Positions 1-10,083 of a stretch of 64,000 bases of DNA are shown here, one piece after another (positions within the stretch are counted from its first letter, which is position 1; the number at the start of each line of letters is the position of its first letter). The notes under the pieces were generated by a model that was not told where the DNA came from, ran no database searches, and saw only the letters and a list, made by a program, of their open reading frames with translations. Both the position numbers and the translations under genes were made by a program. The DNA comes from Minutocellus sp. GHC0000111 (taxonomy: Eukaryota): positions 6,200,001 through 6,264,000 of the forward strand of contig OZ361256.1 in NCBI GenBank assembly GCA_977018835.1. Direction: 5' to 3'.

Positions 1-525
1 GTGACGTCGCGACCAAGCCATCTCACACAGAGAACATACTTAGTAGAGTAGTATTACTAGTATTGCCAAACTTGCCACGTCAGCGGTCTTTTCGGCCTCA
101 AATGAGAGCTTTTGGATCTTCTGCCTGTTGATTTCCGCAGGCCGATTACGACGAATAAGATTATGCGTTCAGCCAGCCAAAGTGTGACGTTGGTAGCGAA
201 CACGTCCATTGAAAAATCGGACAAACCAAAATATCAGCCATCAATCGACCGCTGCTTTTCCTACGTAGTTTTTAGGCTCAGTTGAAGAAGGACGAACATA
301 AAACCCATAAGTCGAACCATCATCGGCCCCGGAAAGCTTCACTTTTTGAAGCGAAGAAAACGGCAATCAGCAAGCGTAGCCACGCATCCACTACATCATA
401 TCACTTTTTTTACAAGCCAGCACCGCAACACTTTTTCTTCACCAGAGAACGCATCGCATCATATTTTGCATATAATATCCATCCATCTATCCATCCATTA
501 TCGAATTTCAGCGAAAACCTTCACC

Positions 526-1092
526 ATGACGAGCGCCGAGAGCAAGACCAACGCTACCGCAAACGCAAGCAGCACCTCCGCCGCTACCGCCGCCCTTGAG
601 AAACAGCAAGAGGCCATCAAAAGCGGAATCGTCAGCCAGAGACGTCAATCGAATCCTCAAGACGTTGCCGAAGAAGAGCAACACATCAAAGATATTATCA
701 TCGTCGAACCGGTCAACTTTGATGTTCACAAGCAGAACCACATGCACGGGGCGACTCCCGACGGCCATCACCCCAACGAAGAGGACTTGACCGAGGAAAC
801 GCTCAAACGCAATTTCTCCACGGAGTCCTTCGCCCTTGCCTTCATCCGGCGCAACATCTCCAAGCCCATGCTTAACGTCGTCAAGAGATCCCGCCGAGGC
901 GGACGTCGGCCTGGTAAGAGGAACTCCGATGCCGAGCAGTCCGACGACAGGCTCGACGTCGACGAGGTGGAGGCTCCGTCGACATCCACCTCGCGCCGCG
1001 GTTCCGTGATGCGTCGTCTTTCCTCGGCCATCCGGGCTTCTCCCCGATCGTCCCTCGTCATCGCCGCCGAGGAGGATGATATGTTCTTCTAA
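526..1092 (+). CDS. Hypothetical protein, cassette gene A, copy 1
   Basis: ORF from ATG 526. Shares VNFDxHxQNHMH and SKPMLNxVxxSRRGGRR with the ORF at 4842-5303. Confidence 0.7.
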   Translation: MTSAESKTNATANASSTSAATAALEKQQEAIKSGIVSQRRQSNPQDVAEEEQHIKDIIIVEPVNFDVHKQNHMHGATPDGHHPNEEDLTEETLKRNFSTESFALAFIRRNISKPMLNVVKRSRRGGRRPGKRNSDAEQSDDRLDVDEVEAPSTSTSRRGSVMRRLSSAIRASPRSSLVIAAEEDDMFF

Positions 1093-1628
1093 TGCTACTG
1101 TCGCCGTCAAACATACATTGCAATTGACAATCATCAAATCATTTCACGCACGTGCACCGATACATGCGCAGTGCTTTCATTCATCAAAATGATTCGTCAG
1201 GGACAAGCAACAAGAAAAAAATACTTGCCGCTACAAGCTACAGAATCTGAAACATAACGTGCTACAAGCTACCAAAACCATGCGCTACATTTATATATCA
1301 ATTCCTTACGAGTTCGTATCGTCAAAATTATGATTTCATCGGACGACCTAGAGGAGGTCAACCATATAATTAGAAAAGAGTAACAATGATACATAACACA
1401 CTTTATCTTGAAAACCCTTGAAGGATAGTGGACGATCAGCTAGTCTGCTCAGTAGGTAGGATAAAGTACATGTACCTCTACCATGGATCGATACTGTAAT
1501 ATGCCCAAGCACAGCATACATTGTCATCGAAAAAATGCGTGCTCTAAGCTATCTAGAGGCGTAGTCCGGTAGGTCCGTGTCCTTGTCATTATATGTACTA
1601 TAAATTAGTTGCTAGCTAGCTATCTATT

Positions 1629-2201
1629 TCACGCAGCTTTCGCCTCGAGACGGCGAATACCTCGGCAATAGGCCTCGTCGCTAGCGGCCTGCATGATGGC
1701 CTTTTCAATATCATCTTTTGAGATGGTCTCTGATATGTTCTTGAGTAGACGTTCATCCGCAAGGAAAAGAACTTGCTGCCATGCTTCGTCTTGGGCATTA
1801 AGAATTGCATCGATCCTGCTTGTGTGGCTTCGATTTGCGTTGCGAGTTGCGGATCGACTGATCACTTTCTCAAGGCCACGGATGCAGCGGGTGTCGTCGA
1901 ACGATGTTGGTAGGTGACCTCTGCGGGCGGCACGAACTGTTTCAATGATTTCGTTGTCGTTCGCCAGTATGTCGGCCTTGGTCCTCCATGTTGCATCGCG
2001 CTCGGCATCGGTCATATCGCGGTGAGATTGGACGACCAAGCAGCTGCTTTTGGTTGCAAACGTTACGGTCTTTTCCAGCGTTGCGGTTGACGAGCATGTC
2101 CGAATGGAGGACGATGAGTCCTGTCGAAGGGAAGAAAAGGAGCTTGAGTTCATTTGCTTCAGATGAAGAAGCGGGCGGTTGACTGCTTCGTTGGTAGTCA
2201 T
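1629..2201 (-). CDS. Diatom-type hypothetical protein (VTF...W...RGLE family), cassette gene B, copy 1
   Basis: KTVTFATK..SHRDM..W..IRGLE..LNAQDEAW pattern. The C-terminus KAIMQAASDEAYCRGxRRLEAKAA is nearly identical to that of 5645-6256. Confidence 0.8.
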   Translation of the reverse strand: MTTNEAVNRPLLHLKQMNSSSFSSLRQDSSSSIRTCSSTATLEKTVTFATKSSCLVVQSHRDMTDAERDATWRTKADILANDNEIIETVRAARRGHLPTSFDDTRCIRGLEKVISRSATRNANRSHTSRIDAILNAQDEAWQQVLFLADERLLKNISETISKDDIEKAIMQAASDEAYCRGIRRLEAKAA

Positions 2202-2517
2202 GGTTGGTTTGGGTTGGTTTATTGTTGGTAATGTGGCACTGTGAATGAAAATGTGGTATTGGATGTTGTCAGTTGTTCTTGCCAATACGTGTACTCTCGG
2301 TTGTCAACTGTGTGCTTGTTGTGTGATGACGATCATTGTGTGTGATCATTTCGTGCGGGAGCCTTTCAGACGGGGGAATTGCTTTGTGCCCAATTGCGGG
2401 CCGAAACAATGCTAAGGAGAGGTGAAGAAAGGCCTCACAAAGATTTCTGAAAGAGATAGGAAGATTTCTGACATTGAGACTTGAACACATTCATGCACAC
2501 ATCTGACACATACAGTG

Positions 2518-4433
2518 TAGCCTTTCAGATTTACGAGGTCAGATTCGCGAGAAATCGAGCGCCCGGTTTTTGACTGCTTTCGAGGGGATTGAAAAGCGCC
2601 TCGAAGAATAGTCATGCTGAAATATTTAAGAAAATGGCTATTTTTACTCTAATTTTGATTTATCTTCATGTGAAACAATAATTCGGATAAGACTTTAGAT
2701 TTCAGCGGCTCTAATCAAATGGACGCGTTCGTCGCACTTGGACCGGCATACTGCTTCCCAACGAGTGCCGATGTTTCATCTGATTCGGCCGCCTTCCGTT
2801 CTGTCATTGACGATCTTGCAACGGCGACCCGGCGGTATACTGCACCATGTCTCTTTGCAATTGCCAAGTGCAGGGAGCAGGCAAAGGTGGACTATTCGGT
2901 GCTGTCCAGCGCAGAGCATGGTGCACGATTTTCGGGATGGATGAAGGCGTATGGTGCTCTACCTGCATCTGAGAAGGCGATGTGGGAGATGAAGAGGAGA
3001 TCTCATCTGGCTATGCAGCCATACATTCGAGATGTTATTGTTGATGCTCTGATACGAAATCCTCGGGAATCTTGGCGGGAGCTGGAGGTGGATGTCAACT
3101 TTTGGTGTTCCTACTCGGCAATACGGCGGTGGATAATGTCGCGGGAAGGGTTCCGGTACTATGCCGAAAGGATCATCCCTCTCCTTACTACCCATCAGAT
3201 GGAGAAACATTTGGCATTTGCGCGGAAATTCCGAAACAATTGGGGGCTCGGCGGTGGCAAGTTTCTCCTTATTATGTTCGATGAGAAGTGGTTTTGGGGC
3301 TTGGTTCTTCGATCGTATGCCAAGCAAGTTGCAGAATTGGGTATTGATCCTCGGTCCTTCTCGGCATATCACCGAAATCACATCAACAAGTGCATGGTGG
3401 TGGCTGTCACTGCCTTGGCTTTTATTGACAGCATTGAGAATGGCGGCATTGCGATCAAGCTTGGACTTTTTCGGGCTCAGGCGCATAAAATTGCGAGGCA
3501 GATGGTAAGGGAGGCGGTGCGGCAGGCAGATGGTAGAATCAAATATTGCGGCCCGGTGGTTCGGAAGAAAGACGATCTATACCTTGTGGATTGCGCGGTG
3601 ACTGGATGCAGCCATGGCACCCTTGATAATCCCAAGTTCCCACTGAAAGCTTTATTTGAGAACAAGATGTTTCCGGATGTTGAGGCTTTGGTCGGACCTG
3701 GTGGAAAGTTTGAAGGCTATGTCCCTATTTTTCAGGGCGACAATGCTGGGCCCCATGCCGAGACTGAATTTGTGGAATATGTGGAAGGATACTGTCGGGA
3801 CAAGGGATGGCGTTGGGAACCTCAGGCCCCGCAAATGCCCCATATGAATGTTCTTGATCTGTCTGTTTTCCCTTGCATGTCAAAGCGGCATACAATGTTG
3901 AGCCGCGATCGGGAGGGGCTGAAGGTTTTGACAGAAGATCAGACTTGGGATGCAGCGGAGGAAGTTTGGATGGGGCTGGAAAACTGGAAGATCGCATCGG
4001 CATACATCCAGGCTCATAGAATTGCAAAGAAGGTAATCGTTGCAAAAGGCAACAATGATTTTCTTGGAAACGGTGAAGGCATTCATGTTGGGGTGCGAAA
4101 GGATTTCAGGCCGACTGAAAATGGCATGGTTCGGATAGATGGGAAAATTATCGCTCCTCCTCCTGCTGATCCAACCATGGATAATTAGTCCTGCGGTGCT
4201 TTTAAGTTATGTTATGTTTAAAATAATACTAGATTATTTAGATTCGAGCTATATTTGTGCTACTACACACACATGCCGTACATGCATGTGTAGTGCTCTC
4301 TTGTCAGTTTTGATGGTTCCGGCTTTACATGCATGTGTCCGTGTCCGGGTTGCGGGCCCAAAAATCGACATTTTTTGGTCCCGGCCCTGCGCTCGATTTC
4401 TCGCGAAACGGACTTCGTTTTCGTCTAGGCCTA
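2518..4433 (+). mobile_element. Tc1/mariner-superfamily DNA transposon with imperfect ~45-bp TIRs bounded by TA
   Basis: Left end 2518-2562 (TAGCCTTTCAGATTTACGAGGTCAGATTCGCGAGAAATCGAGCGC) matches the reverse complement of 4389-4433 (TAGGCCTAGACGAAAACGAAGTCCGTTTCGCGAGAAATCGAGCGC). The inner 19 bp are identical and the pair encloses a transposase ORF. Confidence 0.85.
2719..4188 (+). CDS. Mariner-like DDD transposase (DD38D spacing)
   Basis: Motifs IMFDEKWF, FQGDNAGPH and QAPQMPHMNVLDLSVF correspond to plant-mariner IDEKWF, QQDNAxPH and QPxNSPDxNxLDL. Uninterrupted 489-aa ORF. Confidence 0.9.
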   Translation: MDAFVALGPAYCFPTSADVSSDSAAFRSVIDDLATATRRYTAPCLFAIAKCREQAKVDYSVLSSAEHGARFSGWMKAYGALPASEKAMWEMKRRSHLAMQPYIRDVIVDALIRNPRESWRELEVDVNFWCSYSAIRRWIMSREGFRYYAERIIPLLTTHQMEKHLAFARKFRNNWGLGGGKFLLIMFDEKWFWGLVLRSYAKQVAELGIDPRSFSAYHRNHINKCMVVAVTALAFIDSIENGGIAIKLGLFRAQAHKIARQMVREAVRQADGRIKYCGPVVRKKDDLYLVDCAVTGCSHGTLDNPKFPLKALFENKMFPDVEALVGPGGKFEGYVPIFQGDNAGPHAETEFVEYVEGYCRDKGWRWEPQAPQMPHMNVLDLSVFPCMSKRHTMLSRDREGLKVLTEDQTWDAAEEVWMGLENWKIASAYIQAHRIAKKVIVAKGNNDFLGNGEGIHVGVRKDFRPTENGMVRIDGKIIAPPPADPTMDN

Positions 4434-4841
4434 CGATTACCGGTCACGTAAGCGCACACAGATCATGAGGCCCGCATCAAGTCAGACTTCCCGCCAAAGG
4501 CACACAACGCTCCCACACTGAGCAATCCCGTCGCTGGAGCAGCACTTCATTCAGAAATCGAGGTTGCTCGTGTCATCCACCAACCCGCCTTACCGCCACA
4601 TCGCCACATCATCCGCCCACGAGAGCGACGTGGCATAAAAGACTACGATTCCGCCGAAATCGGTCGATCGAAGACGTTTGCTGTGTCATTTTGCATTCGT
4701 CAATGTATTCGCCAGCACGTCAGCATTCACGACAGCCTATCTCGCTTGCCTCGACATAACTACACAAGTAAATTTGAGCATTATTCCTATATCCCACAAC
4801 CAATATCGTGCGACCAACAGCAATCCAACAACTAATTCAAG

Positions 4842-5303
4842 ATGACACTCGCCGCGACTACATGCGATCCTTCCATAGCCTCCAACGTAACCATGCCCGA
4901 TGGCCTCCAACCTACGAAAAAGGATCAGAACGCCGACAAACAACTGGGAAAGGAGTACGAGGAAGACGTCAACTTTGACGATCATCTTCAGAACCACATG
5001 CATGTGCGCCAGACCGACGTTGATGAACACCTGAAGGAACATCAGCGCACCAATTCCATCGAGTCCATCGTCAGATATCTTCATCGAAAGGTATCGAAGC
5101 CCATGCTCAATGATGTCAGAGCTTCGCGACGAGGCGGGAGGCGCAATCAAAACAGCAACAGCAACCCTGCCAATGATTATGAGGTTCCGTGCGACCTCCC
5201 CAAGATGAATGCTGAATTCAGCAACCCGAATGGACTTGCCATGCAAAAGAAGCAGAAAAATGCCTCCGCCTCTTCTGCTGGTCATGCCATGCTCGGGCGG
5301 TAG
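4842..5303 (+). CDS. Hypothetical protein, cassette gene A, copy 2 (shorter, diverged)
   Basis: VNFDDHLQNHMH and KVSKPMLNDVRASRRGGRR are homologous to 526-1092. Confidence 0.65.
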   Translation: MTLAATTCDPSIASNVTMPDGLQPTKKDQNADKQLGKEYEEDVNFDDHLQNHMHVRQTDVDEHLKEHQRTNSIESIVRYLHRKVSKPMLNDVRASRRGGRRNQNSNSNPANDYEVPCDLPKMNAEFSNPNGLAMQKKQKNASASSAGHAMLGR

Positions 5304-5644
5304 TTTCAATATATGCAAAGAAATACAAATTGTACAAAGAACAGGCATAGAAAAACAAAAGTAAATTGAAATGTAAACTACATTTACAAAGTACAAATCT
5401 TTTTATGAAAAAAGATCTGTGTGTACATGTATTCTTTTTTTTTTAATGATAGAAGTAGCAGAGGCTAAAGTAGCAAGAGCTCAAATCTACGTCCCAGCTC
5501 TCTTTTGCGGTACCCTCCTACTACATGCATATGTAGGCCTACTGTTTCTAAAAAAGGGATTGCCATAGAATAGCTACAAACTGTTTCTTTCTAACATACA
5601 AATATTACCTCTAAAACTCTTTGTACTGCCGATATGTATCTCAT

Positions 5645-6256
5645 TTATGCCGCCTTTGCTTCAAGACGGCGCATGCCGCGGCAGTAAGCTTCGTCGCTGG
5701 CAGCTTGCATAATGGCCTTGTCGACATCTTCTTTGGAATACTTCTTGCTGATGGCCTTGAGAAGTTTCAGGTTGGCAAGGTCGATGCCATTTGCCCATGC
5801 CTCTTCTTGGGCATTGAGGACGGCGTTGATTCGGTTGGCTTGTCTGGCCCTCTTCTGCTGGCCAGCAATGGGACAGATGATATTCTCGAGGCCGCGAATA
5901 GAGACTTTTTCGTCGAAAGAAGACGGCAGTCGGCCTCTGCGGGCGGCGCGAACGGTCTTGATTACCTCAGCGTCGATGGCCTTGGTTTCTTGAGGAGTCA
6001 TCCATACCATCTCTTTCTCGGCCCGGCTCATGTCGCGATGAGATCGAATGTTCAAGCATCTGCTCTTTGGAGCGAAGGTTACAGATTTCTTCGTTTTCGA
6101 TGGGCCGTGTATTCCTTTATCGACGGGAGGAGATTTAGGACGAATCGAAAGAGGGGGGTTTTGATGAAGGGAGGAAGTATCTCGTTTCAGCTGAAGGGTG
6201 AGGGCGATCGCAGACATGTTCATGTTGTTGTTGATTTCGTTCGAGACCGGAGTCAT
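5645..6256 (-). CDS. Diatom-type hypothetical protein, cassette gene B, copy 2
   Basis: KSVTFAPK..SHRDM..TVRAARRGRLP..IRGLE; paralog of 1629-2201. Confidence 0.8.
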   Translation of the reverse strand: MTPVSNEINNNMNMSAIALTLQLKRDTSSLHQNPPLSIRPKSPPVDKGIHGPSKTKKSVTFAPKSRCLNIRSHRDMSRAEKEMVWMTPQETKAIDAEVIKTVRAARRGRLPSSFDEKVSIRGLENIICPIAGQQKRARQANRINAVLNAQEEAWANGIDLANLKLLKAISKKYSKEDVDKAIMQAASDEAYCRGMRRLEAKAA

Positions 6257-7080
6257 CTTTGCTTGTTTGCTTGTTAAATTTTGGTGGTTGGGTGGTCGCT
6301 TTTGGTTGATGCGATTTTTAGAAAATGTGGTACAGTCATGAATGTAAATTGTGGCTGCTGCTCTCGCTTTGATGCAGGTGGTGTACCGCATGGATCCGCC
6401 AGTTCAATTGCGTTCGGCTTTTAAAGGCCTACATGGCGATGTCATGACGCTTTCTCCTCTTTTTCAAAGAACAAAGTGTTGAAGTCAGAGGGTATTCTCC
6501 GCTACGTTTGTGTCGAAGAGCCGATCGACTTCTGAAACGCAACAGAAATCTTCTGACACTGAGACTGCATTTTTAGGCTGAATGAAGGAGTTTTCTGACC
6601 TTGAATTTTTCGGGCTTCAGCTCATTCTGCAGGATTTCCCGGTTCGGATGGCGAGGCTCTTCTTTTCTTCAATGGGCTGCCGCAACTGCCGAGCAGGAAA
6701 GGCTCTAACGAATCCCCCGCCCCCCTCATGCATTCAAAGCAGGCTCTATATACATGTTTGATGATCTGATTCGATACATACATGTAGATCTAGCTAGGCT
6801 GTGCCGGTCGGTGCAGTGCTGATGCCATGCCTTTGCCGCCGCTGGAACTGGCTGGTCTGCACCATCGCTGCTGTTCCGCACACATGATTCTTGCTACGAC
6901 ATGCATGTAAATATGTGCTTCTCTGCATCGGCGTCGCGAAGATTTTTAATTGCACGCATATATGCATATATAGACTCTACCATGAATACATATGCAAAAG
7001 AAATTAATATTAATTTCAAGCGTTAATTTATTACTAGTATCGCAGTCAAGGCTGTTTGTACGGGCCATATGTAGATCTAT

Positions 7081-8649
7081 CTATGCATGCTCAGTTATTG
7101 TTGACATATCAAACGCCAATACCTCCCCTTCGATAGCTCTGAACTGAATGTTTGTCCCCCTACATTTCCAACGCAAGAACTTGAGAAGTTTGGTCTTCTT
7201 TTTCACTACTTTGACACCGCCCTCCTCATAACAACACTTCGCCATGCGCTCGATGATGTACTCGTCTGGAGTTGGGAATGGGCGATCGGGCCATATTTGA
7301 TTCCATCGTCGTGCAATAAGAGAGACTGGGAAGCCGTCCTCACCATAGTCGGAAAGAACGGCTGCAAGACGAGCCAAGAAGAGGTCATCATCATCGTTGT
7401 TATCAGTGATGTTTCTTCCTTCATCGTCAAATTGTTTCTGTGTCTCCAAGAGCTTGATATCACTGTATTTCGGATTCTGTTGCTTTCCAACGCCTCCCTC
7501 TTTAGTTAAGTGCTCATAGGCTTCCTTGACTTTCCAGAATTCATCCTCCACACTTTCACCGTCATCGCCGCCCACCATGCGATGCAGTTTGTCGGGATGA
7601 CGCCTCCTGGCAAGCGCATGATATCGTTTCCGTACTTCGTCGTCACTTGCCCCCTCGTCCAATCCCAATATGCGGTAGCTCTCCCTCCGATCCAAGCTGC
7701 CATGCTCGAGCAACCACCGATGCACCTCCATACTGCCCCTCATCTTGGCAATGTCGGCGCAGTAATTTCCAGCCTAATCCTGTAGGGAGTCGTATACGTT
7801 GTGCTCGTCGCGAAAGTATCGGATGAGGGGCAAGTTGCCTCCCCACGCGGCCTTGTGGCACGGTGTATGGCCTTGCGTATTGGAGTTGTCCGGCGTGGAC
7901 TCGTACGTTACTCCCAACGAATGCAGATATCGCGCGAGGGGCAAGACGCCGGTGCCATCATCCGCTTTGGTACTCCCATGGCCACCTTCCTCTTGCGCGT
8001 CCCCACCCCATGTCTTTTGGGGGACAAGGCCGATCCAATGCATCAACCCGCAATTGAATCCGTTGCGTTCAAATACCACATGTTCATTTCCCACAAGTGC
8101 ATTCCTCTCTACCAAATAGCGGACAACTTCGAGACGATTCTGCCACACGGCCAGCTGAAGAGGAGTGACGCTGCCCCGACCGCATTTGGGATGCGGATTG
8201 GCTCCGTACGTTTCAACCAATAATCGACACGTGGACAAATGACCATTCCTCGCGGCATAGTGCAGGGGCGTCCGATCGGTCGAGGGATGATGAGCCTTCT
8301 GGTCGACGCACATGCCCAATAATGAAAATGCGGCAGCAGAAAAATCGCCATTGCTCTGCTCCTCCAATAAAAATGATATGGCCTCGTTGAAGCAGGTACC
8401 GGCGGCCCAATGCAAGGGCATACAGCCGATCTTCCTGTCTCGGCAGTCCGGCGAGGTCAGCAAGTGCTGCAATTCGTTGGGGTGGCAACTCGCCCATCTT
8501 TGGAGCGTTACAAGCCGATGACGTCGGTCATCGTCGGCGCTATTTTCTGGAAGATTGCACAAATCGAGGAGTGATGCGGCGGTAGGATGGAGGGGGTAGT
8601 GCGTGGGCTCGTCGGGAGCGCTGGAGGGGCCTTCGTCGTCGGCCATCAT
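7081..8649 (-). pseudogene. Ankyrin-repeat + DnaJ-domain protein with a possible C-terminal OST-HTH/LOTUS-like domain, split by an in-frame TAG
   Basis: Ankyrin motifs PLHWAA, TPLHYAARNGH and TPCHKAAWGG; J domain YRILGL..RYHALARRRHPDK. The two ORFs are in one frame and read YDSLQD*AGNYCADIAKM across TAG 7774-7776. Confidence 0.8.
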
Positions 8650-8901
8650 GGTTGAGGAGGGGGAAACGGCTAAAACGACTGGTTTGTGCTTGAAAAAATA
8701 AGTCGCATCTCGAAGAGTCTGGTCGTCTCCCGTCTCCTACAGTTGCGCAGGCTCGATTTCCTCTGAGCAATGTTTCTTGGATTGACACCGGCACTTTACC
8801 TGGTCATACTCGACAAGATTAATTAAACTTAACTTGTTTACGCTTCTCTATATTATCATGAATTTCTACATGAAAGTCATACCGTATATCATATCATGCA
8901 G

Positions 8902-9762
8902 TCAACCCTCAACAAGTTTGGTGTTGGGAAACGTCATCGTCACCAGCTCTTCATCGCCAAGTTCTGTGCTGCAGGCATCATCACCAAAGGTCACGCAAGC
9001 CGCAATCTCGTTGAAGGATGTGAAGCAGATCTTTCCATCAAACGGGCCACTGAACGCCTTTACTCCGGTGAGTGGTATGAGGTCCCTGTCCAGCATCTGC
9101 TGATTGCTGAGGTTGCCTCGGTCGACACTGTTATCATCAGTGGCTCCTCCCAGGGTCTTGACTAGGATGAGATGAACCTCGAACTCGGACGCAATCTCCT
9201 CCCACACCTGCGCCACCTCGGTAGCTGCCACGCAGGCATGATCGGCAAGACCACCTCCGTGATCGTGCTCCTCGAGCTGAATTTCATGGCCGATGGTATG
9301 AACGCCAATGGCCATCGACCCGTCTCGACTCATCAGGGCCTCTTCTTGTATGAGCGAAGAGGTGCGCTGCGATGCGGACGTGTCCTTGGCGAGCGTGGCG
9401 GCGGCAAAGCTAGTGGCCAGAGTGGTTAGGGCTAGCAGGACAGCGAAGATGGTAACTCCCGCCAGCAGCTTCTTCATCTGGAACAGCTTCCTCTGACCGT
9501 CGATGTGCTGCTGCATGAGTTCGCACACCTTCTCGTTGGACAGATGGCCGCGATTGCTGGTATCGAGATTGCGCAGTTGCTGCTCCGTTTCGTTCAGGAA
9601 TCCTTTTCCGCCCATGTCGTACTGCTTGGAGATGACAGACAGCCTCGCGTCAGCAGCAGCACCGGAACGATGATGCTGCTGGTGACCTTCCTCGTCCGGT
9701 GGCGGCAGCATGATCCCGGCGTCGTCGAAATCATCGTTCCTGGGGTTGCTGGATTTTTTCAT
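8902..9762 (-). CDS. Hypothetical membrane protein with EF-hand-like repeats
   Basis: YDMGGKGFLN and LDTSNRGHLS loops, then a hydrophobic segment LLAGVTIFAVLLALTTLATSFAAA. Confidence 0.65.
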   Translation of the reverse strand: MKKSSNPRNDDFDDAGIMLPPPDEEGHQQHHRSGAAADARLSVISKQYDMGGKGFLNETEQQLRNLDTSNRGHLSNEKVCELMQQHIDGQRKLFQMKKLLAGVTIFAVLLALTTLATSFAAATLAKDTSASQRTSSLIQEEALMSRDGSMAIGVHTIGHEIQLEEHDHGGGLADHACVAATEVAQVWEEIASEFEVHLILVKTLGGATDDNSVDRGNLSNQQMLDRDLIPLTGVKAFSGPFDGKICFTSFNEIAACVTFGDDACSTELGDEELVTMTFPNTKLVEG

Positions 9763-10083
9763 CGTGAAAATTAAATACTAGTGCAGCGTGGACTTGACCG
9801 TACGCAGATGTTGAGAGATCGTTGCCAATGCGACAGGAGGGGCTTTCGTATCTTTCTTGCGTTTTGTATCTTTTGCATCTTTCTCAAAAGGTGACATCTA
9901 CTTTCATTCATATCGTCTGGCCGTCGCGCACTGCTTAGCACCTTCTCGCCATTTTCCAGCAGAGCAGCGATAGCAGCGAACTGCTGGCTGCCCATGGTGT
10001 AAAGACCAGAGGGCACCGATAATCCAAAGGCGCTGGTAATCGGCCTGAACGCTTCTCTGAGAGCATTTGGGGGAAAGATTGCA

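Noticed and set aside
7774..7776. Stop-codon reassignment (alternative genetic code)
   Set aside because: TAG, TGA and TAA all terminate well-conserved genes normally in this window, and frameshifts are more common than internal stops.
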